NCBI RefSeq assembly: GCF_006345805.1 | Contig: NC_043005.1 | Location: 99,572,001 to 99,636,000, forward strand | Reading direction: 5' to 3' | Source of the DNA: Octopus sinensis | Taxonomy: Eukaryota | DNA length: 64,000 bases | In this document: piece by piece, positions 25,801 to 38,238 of the stretch | Layout: every line of letters begins with the position of its first letter | How positions within the stretch are numbered: position 1 is the first letter of the stretch | Notes under the pieces: model-generated | Seen by the model: only the letters and a program-made list of their open reading frames with translations | Database searches by the model: none | What the model was told of the DNA's origin: nothing | Program-made: the position numbers and the translations under genes

Positions 25801-26070
25801 GGAGGCACATGGCCTAGTGGTTAGAGCAGCGGACTCGCGGTCGAGGGATCGTGGGTTCAAATCTCAGACTGGGCGATGTGTGTGTTTATGAGCGAAACAC
25901 CTAGGCTCCACGCGGCTCCGGCAGAAGGTAATGGCAAACTTCTGCTGACTTTCTCTCACTCTTTCCTCCTGCATCTTGCAGCTCACCTGTGATGGACTTG
26001 TGTCCCGTCCAGGTGGGGAAACTATACGCCAAGGAAACCGAGAAACCGGCATGGCTCAAGAAGGAACAAA
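25801..26070 (+). mobile_element. Fourth tRNA-derived SINE family
   Basis: TGGCCTAGTGG A box and GGGTTCAAATCT B box followed by a non-tRNA body. Confidence 0.7.
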
Positions 26071-27504
26071 CAACTAAAGGATGAAACAACCAAACGAACA
26101 AGGTTGTTGATAATGTTCCTTTAACTGGTGACTTTAATATGCATGCAGACCTTCACCTCACTCTGCCTTTCTAGGTGACCATTATACATCATCTCAAACA
26201 GCTGCAGATTCAACATTCAATGCTACATGTTCCTGCCCCATGTAACATTACTCTTTAAACATTTTTAACACAGTCTTTCACACAATGAAAAGATTCTTTG
26301 TTGCTAACAGAGATATTAATTACTTCAACTTCTTTCACTTCTCCCGTCCTTACTCTTCTGGCTCTATAATCCCCACCCCGAGATAACTAGGCAGAGCAGA
26401 CCTAATGCTAATTACTCCTGTCTCAGATCTTAGGTGGTCATGATGATGGTTATGGTGGTAATGATGGTGAGGGTGATAGGAATGATGATAAAGCTAGAAA
26501 TCTTTGATTAACAGGTGAATATGAAACAGTCTACCTGTGGATGCCATGCGATATTTTGATTGTCAGAGATATCTGCTGTCAGCCAGGATTGGGTTTAGCC
26601 AAGAGGAAGAGAATGAATAGAGATTAGGTTACTGGTTTTAATATCATTAAAACTGGAATAATAATGGTTGGTGACTGGACTGACTCCTTCCACAGCACAA
26701 TGGAAAAGCCTTCAATTTTGATCAGGAACTAAATATTGAAATATCGCAATGTTATTTTTAAATTCTTTTATTCAAAGCTGAGATTTCCAGGTTTTCCGAG
26801 AAGTAATGGTCTGCTCTGATTTTCACTTTTAAAGTTAAGCTACTTGCTGTTTTAAAATTGTTATTATTTGTAGAGTTAATGTACATGTAGGACTGAGTTC
26901 AAATGTGTAGAAACAAAATCTGGGCTTAAGAAACATCAGTAGAGTGCAGGAGAGAAGACTGAGCTGATATGGTGATGTGATAAGGATAGATGAACAAAGC
27001 TGTTTAAAGAAATGCTGATTGCTAAATGTAGAAGGAGCCTAAGGAAACGAGAGGCCTAGAAGGGCATAGAATGAAGGGATGAAGACGGACCTTAAGATTT
27101 CGAGTCTCTTGGAGGAAATGATGGGGATCAAGAAAGGGGTCAGTCTTCTACAATATCCTGTTTCCTTCATCTGTTTCCCCTCCACTGAACTGATATTCTC
27201 TGCACCCTACTCATTCTCCATCTCTAATCATTTGTCACTCTATTCTCCCTATAGCACACTCACCTATCTACTCACCTTTTCTTTTCCTCTATCCTATTCT
27301 GTCTCATATTCCCCTCGTACTTTGATCTTGCATCTCTTTCTATCTCTCTCTCTTTCCAGATGGGCAAGCTGTGTATTCACCTATTCAACAAGACACCTGA
27401 TCCTGTCCTTCTATCATGGTTTCTTATCCCACAGTACCTTACCAATTGTTGGAGTGCCAACAATTCAGTGCTAACAATTTAGTGCTAAATAATTCAGTGC
27501 ATCA

Positions 27505-27685
27505 CGTAAAAAGCACCCATTACACTCTCGGATTGGTTGGCATTAGGAAGGGCATCCAGCTGTAGAAAGTCTGCCAGATCAAGATTGGAGCCTGGTGCAG
27601 CCATCTGGTTTGCCACTCCTCAGTCAAATCGTCCAACCCATGCTAGCATGGAAAGCGGACGTTAAACGATGATGATGATGATGTT
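27505..27685 (+). mobile_element. RTE 3' UTR fragment
   Basis: Common RTE tail with (GAT)n. Confidence 0.8.
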
Positions 27686-27979
27686 ATATATGTAATTTAT
27701 TATTACATTATATTGGTGTTGGCTGTATATCTAAAACACATGCAACCTACAAACAGCAATCATAGAATAGATTAACTATACAAAAACAAAAAGCATAGGC
27801 ACAGGAGTGGCTGTGTGGTAAGTAGCTTGCTTACCAACCACATGGTTCCAGGTTCAGTCCCACTGTGTGGCACCTTGGGCAAGTGTCTTCTACTATAACC
27901 TCAGGCCAACCAAAGCCTTGTGAGTGGATTTGGTAGGTGGAAATTGAAAAAGCCCATCATATATATATATATATATATG

Positions 27980-28500
27980 GTGGTTGCTCCCTCGTTATCG
28001 AGTATGACCATTGCACGAAGCTTAATCAATGTTGTTATCGTGCAATGCCTGTGCAAGAAGATTTTTTTTAAAGTGAGGAAAGGCTGTGTAGAGTCAATCC
28101 CACTCACTAAGCAACAGCAGCCATAATCCGAAAAGAACAAGTCAACATCATCGGTAACCACTGAGCCACAGGTTTTATATCGGAGTTACCTGAGATACCT
28201 TCTCCGAGAAGAATGCCCTAACAAAGGCTAGGAGTCCTTCACTCCCAATGGTTTAACCGCACGGTCAGGTATTCAGTCCGATTATTTCTATGTCCCCATG
28301 CATGATACAGCCTTAAGACATTTATTGGATGGCCGTTGACTCTCAAGAGTTCCACCGCCCTTTGACGGGTTTTGTTTTTCATCCTGCAGTGTGTCCAATA
28401 AACACCCTCCTCACCAACCAAGCTTGATGGGGTTGCCGGTTTAGTCACCGACGACCCAACCATGCAACAGGTTGTACTGGGTTACATGTTACCAGTAGTA
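27980..28500 (-). mobile_element. Non-autonomous RTE-derived element with the same tail as the 53.5-kb copy, nested in a SINE
   Basis: Shared 3' tail. No ORF of that family. It interrupts a SINE between about 27795-27965 and 28530-28750. Confidence 0.55.
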
Positions 28501-29054
28501 CTCGAAAGTGACCTGACACACATATATATATACATATATATACATATATGTGTGTGTGTGTTTGTCCTTCCATCATTGCTTGACAAGCGATGCTGGTGTG
28601 TTTATATCCCTGTAACTTAGCGGTTCAGCAAAAAGAGACCAATAGAATAAGTACTAGGCTTACAAAGAATAAGTCCTGTGGTTGATTTGCTTGACTAAAG
28701 GCAGAGCTCCTGCATGGCCACAGCCAAATGACTGAAACAAATAAAAGAATATATACACATGCCCATACGAGATGACACAAGATACTGTAAAGTATTCAAA
28801 GGATGAACGAGCATATTCCACCGTGAAAATAATTATTTCAGAATATCATATGAGAGTTGACAAACTAGAATATTTAAGAGAAATTAGTTATCAAATTAAA
28901 CTCTAAATGTTGGAATTAAAGAATATAATTTAGCATTTTTAATTCTTGTTGTAATTTTTATCTTTACATGTTTTTAAATAAATAATTGAAATATTTTCAC
29001 TCTTTTTTTTCCATCCCAAAAATCACTTTTAACCTAAGTTCAATAAGATGCCCT

Positions 29055-29748
29055 GCACTGAATTGTCTGTGCTGAATTGGCATTGCTGAATTGTCAGTGC
29101 TGAATTGTCGGTGCTGAATTGTCAGTGCTGAATTGGCATTGCTGAATTGTCAGTGCTGAATTGGCATTGCTGAATTGTCAGTGCTGAATTATCAGTGCTG
29201 AACTGTCAGTGCTGAACTGTCAGTGCTGAATTGGCAGTGCTGAATTGTCAGTGCTGAATTGTCGGTGCTGAATTATCAGTGCTGAATTGTCGGTGGCTGA
29301 ATTGTCAGTGCTGAATTGTCGGTGGCTGAATTGTCAGTGCTGAATTGTCAGTGCTGAATCGTCAGTGCTGAATTGTCGGTGGCTGAATTGTCAGTGCTGA
29401 ATTGTCGGTGGCTGCATTGGCAGTGCTGAATTGTCAGTGCTGAATTGTCGGTGCTGAATTATCAGTGCTGAATCGTCAGTGCTGAATCGTCGGTGTTGAA
29501 TTGTCAGTGCTGAATTGTTGGTGCTGAATTGTCAGTGCTGAATTGTCAGTGCTGAATTGTCGGTGGCTGAATTGTCAGTGCTGAATTATCAGTGCTGAAT
29601 CGTCAGTGCTGAATCGTCGGTGTTGAATTGTCAGTGCTGAATTGTCGGGGGCTGAATTGGCAGTGCTGAATTGTCAGTGCTGAATTGTCGGGGGCTGAAT
29701 TGTCAGTGCTGAATTGTCGGGGGCTGAATTGGCAGTGCTGAATTGTCA
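29055..29748. repeat. 14/15-bp minisatellite (GTGCTGAATTGTCA)n, about 49 units
   Basis: Read directly. Variants include GGCA, ATCA and GTGGCTG. Confidence 0.95.
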
Positions 29749-30259
29749 CATCATGACCCAACTCACTTGAGGGGTCTTATTTTGTGACCTCATCAGTGAT
29801 AGCGCAAAAAAATATACCCTGTACACTTCGTGAAATGGTTAAAATTAGAAAGGCTGTAGAAACCATGCTAAAGCAAACACTGGAACTCATCTCAACCTTC
29901 TGGTTTGTCTGTTCAAGTTGAAGCATTCAGTCCTTGCCAGCATAGGAAAACAGACATTAAATAATGATGATGGTGAAGAAGAAGCCTTTTGAATATCATA
30001 TTATCAGTTTAGTCAGAATTGACTTACAGGCAATCAATCATAGATCTGGTGGATAAGGACCAATGGATTAGGACCAGCATAGAGCTAAACATTAACAACA
30101 AAAAACACAATCATGATGTCAGAAGGTAGGATAAAGTCTATGTTTTCCTCAGGAGGTTGCATAAAGCTGCAGGGGAAGTTTAATAAGACTGTAAGTAGGG
30201 AGGGGGCTGAACTGGCCTTAATATATTGCTGGTATTATATTTCATCATCTGCAGACTTA

Positions 30260-30662
30260 TCTATATATATAAAGTGAAGTTGTCTGTGTGTGCGTGTGTG
30301 GCAGGTTTGGTAGCCTTCAACTAACACTATCTCCTCTGAGAACCTGCGGTGCAAGTTGACCAAAATTGAAAGTATGATAGAAGAAGGCTTGCTCTTCATT
30401 CTGTAGAAGAAAAAATTCAAATCGGACCATATTAAGACCAAAAATTATTTACATCAAAAAGGTGCTTTTTTTCTATGAAAATCCCTATTTTTTATGATTT
30501 TTTTACTACTGTATCACCATTTTTCAGTGTATTTCAACCAGAATAATGTTCACTTAAAGAGAATAACAAGCTACATAATGCAAAAGTTTTACTTTTCAAA
30601 AATTTCTATTCTAAAGGGTTGAAAAGAAAACAACCCCGAGCAACTCTGGGCTATACTGCTAG
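30260..30662 (+). mobile_element. Non-autonomous Helitron
   Basis: A|TC start (TCTATATATATAAAG), 3' hairpin CCCGAGCAACTCTGGG, CTAG|T end, no TSD. Confidence 0.75.
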
Positions 30663-31065
30663 TATAAAATAAAGTTGATTTTAACTCAGATTCAGTGAGT
30701 TGTAACTAAATATTACTTGGCATTTAGCGTATCAGTCAACTGTTTCTGGCTCTTAGATGTTTTCTGTGATACCAGAGTAGATCCTACTTCACAGAATCCC
30801 AACACAACAGTTCCACATTTTACCATAGATAAAGCTGCTCCATATATTTTCTTCATATAAGCTTTTCATATATTACAATCTTGAATTTTCAAAACTGAAT
30901 AAGATTCAGGAAATAAAATTTGTGTATGAAGTTGGGTTTACTGTAACATTAAATCAAAGCAAAACCTGAATGATGAGAGAATATTCAAAAGAAAGTTTTT
31001 ACGGAAACAGAATATTGAAAGTGAAAAGAAAGTTAACAGTTGCAGAAAGATATGCATGCAATATG

Positions 31066-31103
<38 letters not shown>

Positions 31104-31669
31104 GTGTGTGTGTGTGTGTGTGTGTGTAAGTATGTACATGCATGTCTATGTATGTAAAATAGATCAGAAGTTGTTGGAAGCAAACCTTCAATCTCTGAAG
31201 AACTATAAATAGATAATGGAGAGAATGTTACAGTGTATTGGGACATCTTTTACTGATAAGAACTGAATGAAATAAATGGTTGAACAAGAATAACCCTGTA
31301 GAAATCAGATTTATCCATTATCCGTAATGCTTATATGACTACATTGTTTCAAATTAATCATGCATTATTTTGTAGGTTCGTGAATCTGATGATGTGATTG
31401 TCTATGTGTAGAACGACATTGTCGGGTAGGTGCGAGAGGCCTGATTTGGCCAGTTTGGACATAAAAAAGATCAAATATTACGACTGGATTTTGGATAATA
31501 AAGCTTTGTAATGGAATTTATGTTACTTGTGGTTCTTAAATCCTACCAAAGAAAACAAGATTCAATGTTTGTAAGGATGGATGTACCTGATACTGTGTGC
31601 ATAAATGTGTGTGTGTATTTACACACACAAACACACACACACATTTATATCTCATTATCATCATCTTTT

Positions 31670-32681
31670 AATATTTATTGTATGTATATATATAAATATA
31701 TATATAAATATATATATAAATATATAAATAAATATATATATAAATATATATATAAATATATAAATAAATATATATATAATATATAAATAAATATATATAT
31801 AATATATATATATAACAATGATAAATATCAAAGTGAGTTATATACAGTAGCAGTAACACATATTGAAATGGCAAAAATACGTCACGATATATATATATAT
31901 GCATATATAAATATATATATGCATATAAATATATATATATATAAATATATATATATGCATATATAAATATATGCATATATAAATTATATATATGCATATA
32001 AATATATATATAATAAATATATATATATGCATATATAAATATATGCATATGCATATAAATATATATATATATAAATATATATATATGCATATATAAATAT
32101 ATATATATGCATATAAATATATATATATGCATATATAAATATATGCATATAATATATATAAATATAATATATATGCATATAATATATATATATATTAAAT
32201 ATATATATATGCATATATAAATATATATATGCATATAAATATATATAATATAAATATATATATATGCATATATAAATATATGCATATATAAATATATATA
32301 TATGCATATAAATATATATATATATAAATATATAATATGCATATATAATATATGCATATGCATATAAATATATATAATATATAAATATAATATATATGCA
32401 TATAAATTATATATATGCATATAAATATATATATATGCATATATAAATATATGCATATATAAATATATATATATGCATATAAATATATATTATATAATAT
32501 ATAATATGCATATATAAATATATATATGCATATAATATATATATATTAATATATATATATATAATATATATATATATATAAATATATAATATATATATAT
32601 ATATATCTATATATATATATATTATATATATATATATATATCTATATATATATATATATATATATATATCTATATATATAT

Positions 32682-32712
<31 letters not shown>

Positions 32713-32730
32713 ATTATATATATATATATA

Positions 32731-32762
<32 letters not shown>

Positions 32763-32877
32763 TATATGCATATAAATATATAAATATAATATATATTATA
32801 TATAAATATATATACATATAATATATATATATATAATATATATTATATATAAATATATATATATAATATATAATATA

Positions 32878-32909
<32 letters not shown>

Positions 32910-32910
32910 A
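31670..32910. repeat. Compound AT microsatellite ((TATATAAA)n, (TATGCATA)-type, (TA)n)
   Basis: Read directly. Confidence 0.95.
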
Positions 32911-33323
32911 TGATAAATATCAAAGTGAGTTATATACAGTAGCGGTAACACATCGTGACGTATTTTTGCCATTTCAATATGGCTAACCCCTAAGGGTGGA
33001 TGCTACTGTAGTTTTTAGCCCCAGGAGGACACACTCCTCCAGCTGGCCATAGACACACTATCTGTGTCCTGTCAGTATTTGCAAAGGGAAGTCATCCTCC
33101 CGTCTTCAACTTATGATACACACGGACTCGAGTTTCGAGGTATTGACCTCTCGTCAGCGTGTGACAATCATAGTTGTCGCCGAGAATTAGATTTCCTTCA
33201 CAAATACTTATACTTTTTCCAGCGTCCACTGTCGCTGATAATGAAAAAGTGAAATCAAACAATGATAAATATCAAAGTGAGTTATATACAGTAGCGGTAA
33301 CACATCGTGACGTATTTTTGCCA
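32910..33323 (-). mobile_element. 352-bp hammerhead-containing unit bounded by 62-bp perfect direct repeats (retrozyme / pLTR-like)
   Basis: ATGATAAATATCAAAGTGAG...TTTTTGCCA occurs at 32910-32971 and 33262-33323, with a canonical HHR between them. Confidence 0.8.
33119..33163 (-). ncRNA. Canonical type I hammerhead ribozyme
   Basis: Minus strand reads CACACG-CTGACGA-GAGGT-CAAT-ACCTC-GAAA-CTCGAG-TC/CGTGTG. All core nucleotides are present, stems I and II are perfect, stem III is palindromic. Confidence 0.9.
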
Positions 33324-33344
33324 CTGTTTATGACATATATATAT

Positions 33345-33595
33345 ATATCATCATCATCATCATCATCATCATTTAACGTCCACTTTCCATGCTAGCATGG
33401 GTTGGACGGTTCAACTGGGGTCTGGGGAGCCCGAAAGCTGCACCAGTCCAGTCAGATCTGGCAGTGTTTCTACAGCTGGATGCCCTTCCTAACGCCAACC
33501 ACTCCGAGAGTGTAGTGGGTGATTTTATGTGCCACCGACACAGGTGCCAGACGAGGCTGACAAACGGCCACGCTCGGATGGTGTTTTTTATATAA

Positions 33596-33648
<53 letters not shown>

Positions 33649-33720
33649 TATATAAATAAATATATATATATATATATAAATATAATATAAATAAATATAT
33701 ATATATAAATATATATATAA

Positions 33721-33758
<38 letters not shown>

Positions 33759-33862
33759 AATAAATATATATAAATATATATATAAATATAATATATATAT
33801 ATATAATATATATATATATATATAATATATAATATATATATATATATATATATAATATATAT

Positions 33863-33894
<32 letters not shown>

Positions 33895-34350
33895 AATATA
33901 TATTTATATAAATATATATATAAATATGTATGTATATATATATATATATATATATAAATATATACCAGTGCCGGTGGCATGTAAGAGAACCATCCGAATA
34001 TGGCCGTAGCCAGCACTGCATCACCTGGCCTCCGTGCCGGTGGCATGTAACAAATGCCATCCTATTGTGGCCATTGCCAGCCTCGCCTGGCCTCCGTGCC
34101 GGTGGCAAGTGTAAAAAGCACCATCTGAGTGTGGCCATTAGCCAGCCTCGTCTGGCACCTGTGTCGGTGGCATGTAAAAAGCACCCACTACACTCACGGA
34201 GTGGTTGGCGTTAGGAAGGGCATCCAGCTGTAGAAACACTGCCAGATCTGACTGGGCCTGGTGCAGCCTCCTGGCTTCCCAGACCCCAGTTGAACCGTCC
34301 AACCCATGCTAGCATGGAAAGCGGACGTTAAACGATGATGATGATGATGA
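33345..34350. mobile_element. Two divergent RTE 3' UTR fragments (33345-33590 minus, 33965-34350 plus) separated by an AT microsatellite
   Basis: Both carry the CCATGCTAGCATGG hairpin and a (GAT)n tail. Confidence 0.85.
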
Positions 34351-34697
34351 TATATTTACATAAATATATAGATATTATTAAAATAACATTAATATCCAGC
34401 AAGAATAAAGCTATGTAGAGCTTCACTGAATATTTACCGGCAGAGATGTATGTGGGCAGTGAATATAGGAAACTTCTGCCTTACATCTACAGAGACTGTT
34501 AGAGGAATAAAGGATAACTCAGTACTGCAGTTTCAAACTCTTCTGATCATGTGTGTGAATGTGAATCTGATTGGTTATCTGTAAATATTCAGTGAAGCTC
34601 TACATAGCACTGTAAACTTACTGGCTGCTATTTCTACCAATGAGCATACTTTGTGTACATCTGTTTTTATATATTCATATATATATATAGGTATATA

Positions 34698-35696
34698 TCA
34701 GGTCATCCCATAAGTTCTGTCCGAATTTTGAATAAAGAAAACAAGTGATCAAATGTTATATTTAATTGAAATTGAATCATCAACGTATTTTCCCCTGATT
34801 ATCTATGACTTCCTTCCACCTATTTACAAGCTTTTTAATACCATCGATGTAAAAACTCCTTTGGTTTCAAAGCGAAGAACTCTGAAATGTCAGTTTCGAC
34901 CCCCTCCTGGCTTGTAAAAGTTATGTCCCCCAAATGATTCTGTCAACTACGAAACAAATGGTTGTCTGAAGGAGCAAGGTTGGGAGAATAAAGTGGATGA
35001 GGAATTTCCCTTTTACTAAGCCACTGTTTATGACATTTAACATTTTGATAGAAGATCCATTTTCCATCACCAGCCACAAGTCTTTCTAAAAAGGGTGAAA
35101 TGAGTTCATGAGAATGGAGAGAAGAGCTGATGTCAACTCGTGATTTGTGGTTGCTTTTGGACAATTCACGAGGCACCCATTTTCCAAGTTTAGGAACTTT
35201 TACAAGTTGTTGAAGATGACGATGAACAGTTGTATGGTTTGAACTAAGCTTTATTGCCAATTCTTCAACTGATAAAAGAGAATTTTCTTCAAGTAATGCC
35301 TCAAGGGGTTTATCATCAAACTCAACTGGAGGTCCTGTTCAATCTTCATCTTCAAGGCTGAAATCTCCACTTCTGAATTTTGCAAACCATCTTCTGCAAG
35401 TTCTTTCATTCAAGCATTCTTTCCCATAAACTGAGTGTATGTTTTGAGTCGCTTTGGCTGCAGAGTTTCATTTTTTGTACTCATAAAGCATTATGTGCCT
35501 TAAATGCTTTTGGATAGTTCCATGTTAGAAAGGGTTTTAATCAAAGAAATTTTATTCTGTAAAATGATATTTAATTGGTTTAAATGTACACAAATGCATA
35601 AAAATAATTTTAAATTCCATTAGACATTCTAATACTATTAAATTTCTTTCAATTTTACAAAAGGTAAAATCGGACAGAACTTATGGGATGACCTGA
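34698..35696 (-). mobile_element. Internally deleted mariner, 27-bp perfect TIRs, TA TSD
   Basis: TIR is TCAGGTCATCCCATAAGTTCTGTCCGA. ORF 34943-35260 has WVPREL, AGDGKWIFY and YSPNLAPSD, but the second catalytic-D region is missing. Confidence 0.92.
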
Positions 35697-35728
35697 TATA
35701 TACATATGTATATATATATATATATATA

Positions 35729-36618
35729 TTGAGTTGAGGAATAATTCATGAGCCTTTTCATCAAATTTTAAAATGCACACAGAAATAAAACGCATTGGCA
35801 AAATGTTTTATATTATTATACAGTGTGTATTGATTTTTTAATTTTAGTAATTATTGTGTCTTTTCTGATCATTAAATTTGAGTATCAAGTAGACAAAACT
35901 GAACATTTTCGATAGTATTTAGTTTTGCATTTAATTGAGGGGTTAAACCTGCTGAAACTGCTCATGAGATTTGTGCTGTGTATGGAGGATGAGAAATGCT
36001 TCAAAGCACTGCCCATCGTTGGTTTTTGCACTTCAAAAATGGGAATTTCTACCTCAAGGATGGATCACAAACTGGTCAACCACTTGCGTGTGATAAAGAG
36101 TGATTGAATCAACCTCTTCAGGAAAATCCACATCAAATAACCAGAGAATTGATGGAGCAGATGAATTGCGAAAAAAAAAAACTGTGGTGAACCACCTTCA
36201 CTCAATGGGCAAGGTTCATTGAACTCAATTGGTTGACCTGTGTGTGATCTGTCCTTGAGGTCAAAATTCCCATTTTTGAAGAGCGCAAACCAACAGCGGA
36301 CGGTACTTTGGGGCATTGCCCCTTCTCTATACACAACATAAATCTCACAAGCAGCTTTGGGGGGCAGGGTTGATTAACACCTCAATAAAATGCAAAAGGC
36401 AAATGCTGTCGAAAATGTTCACTGTTGTCCATTTGACATTCTGTTTTAATGATCTGAAAATACACAGAAATTAATAAAATTAAAAAAATCAAAACACACT
36501 CTCTTGTAGAACAAAAAATTCTCTTTCAAATAACATAAAACATTTTAATAATACATTCTATTTCTGCATGCATTTTTAAATCTGAAAAAAAAATGTCATG
36601 AATTATTTCACAACCCAA
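35729..36618. mobile_element. Mariner derivative built from two inverted left arms
   Basis: Degenerate TIRs with TA flanks. A transposase N-terminus (FKNGNF.LKD.S.TGQP) is present on + at about 35880-36160 and on - at about 36200-36410. Confidence 0.75.
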
Positions 36619-37852
36619 TATATATATCTATATATATGTATATACATATATATATATTTACATATAAGAGATAATGGTGTCATTGAGACACAAAGGTGTC
36701 AGGTAATGCTGACTAAGTGCTATAGACAGACCATAGTTAAGTTCCAGGTTCAGTAATATTGCAAATAAAGGGTTCAGCGTTGGTTCTATGTCAGTGTGTG
36801 TATATAAGAATTTTTTGTGTAATGAGATAAAAAAACCAAGGCTGTGTAGATATAGCCTTGGTTTCTTTTTTTATCTTATTACGCAAAATATTCTTATATA
36901 TTTACATATACATATATTTAGATTTACATACACATACATATTTACACTCACACACACACACATATATACAGAGAGGAAGTAGAGAGACAGAATAAGTAAG
37001 GAGAATAAGTGAAATTGATGGAGGGTTTTAAAGAATGAAACAAAGAGGGAAGTAAATATTCCTGTGTTCAAACTATGCAAGTCTCGAAATAATGAATTTA
37101 AAAAGGATGATTATATTTATATATAACAAAAATAAGAATGGAGAAAGTCACATCTTTAATTGGTAATTACATCCACCACACAATACCAACGATCACTTCT
37201 GTTTCGTTATCATAGTGAGACACAGAAAATCTCAAAGTAATATAGCCAAAAATATATTTTAACATAAGGAAATCCAAAATTGCTTAAATTCAAAGTGAAT
37301 AAAGAGAATATGTCTGCATAGAAAAAGAACATTAAGAAGGAATATAATATTACAAAAAATGCCAGTTTAGTATTAACCTTTGATGACGTCAGCAGACAAT
37401 GAAAAAATAAACATGGAAATGCTACATTCCAACAATTAGAAACAAATTCTACATTAGTTATCTATCTGTTAAATATGCAAGACACTTTTAGAAAAATTAT
37501 GCATATTATATTATATGAAAAGTAATTATAATTAATGGTTTAATTAGAACTGAAATATTCAAATGCTTTTCTACAATTGTGAGAACATTTCATTGTAAAA
37601 TTATGTTTATAATTCAATAATATTAATTTAAAAGTAATTATATAATACATTTCCTAAAGGCCTCTCAAAAGTGCATGCAAAAAGTTAGCACAAAATGTAG
37701 GCATGACTGCGTCGGTAAAAGCATGCAGTGGGATGTTATCCAAGTTTTTAGATTTGAGGTGACAGAAAGGAGGTATGATCACAAGCCGGAGGCTGTGTTG
37801 GTGAATGATAATTACAAGATTTTCTGGGATTTCTCCATATAAACTGACCATA

Positions 37853-38238
37853 GGCATAGGAGTGGCTGTGTGGCAAGTAGCTTGTTTACCAACCACATGG
37901 TTCAGGGTTCAGTCCCACTGCATGGCACCTTGGGCAAGTGTCTTCTACTATAGCCACGGGTCGACCAAAGCATTGTGAGTGGACTTGGTAGATGGAAACT
38001 GAAAGAAGCCCATCATATATATGTGTGTATGTTTTTGTGTGTCTGTGTTTGTTCCCCCAACATCGCTTGACAACCGATGCTGGTGTGTTTACATTGCCGT
38101 GACTTAGCGGTTCAGCAAAAGAAACTGTTAGAATAAGTACTAGGCTTACAAAGAATATGTCCTGTGGTTGATTTGCTCAACTAAAGGCGGTGCTCCAGCA
38201 TGGCCTCAGTCAAATGACTGAAACAAGTAAAAGAGTAA
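37853..38238 (+). mobile_element. tRNA-derived SINE, full length
   Basis: GGCATAGGAGTGGCTGTGTGG head through ACTGAAACAAGTAAAAGAG tail. Confidence 0.9.

Noticed and set aside
25801-25875. tRNA gene (also heads at 7878, 10797, 16886, 37853)
   Set aside because: A/B boxes are present, but I could not build a complete cloverleaf with an acceptor stem. Each continues into a SINE body.
29055-29748. CRISPR or telomeric array
   Set aside because: Contiguous 14-bp units without spacers, and not a TTAGG/TTAGGG type.
29765-29800. Minus-strand CTGATGA-GGTC-acaaaataa-GACC as a hammerhead
   Set aside because: Stem II is followed by CCTCAAG, not GAAA, and there is no stem I or III.
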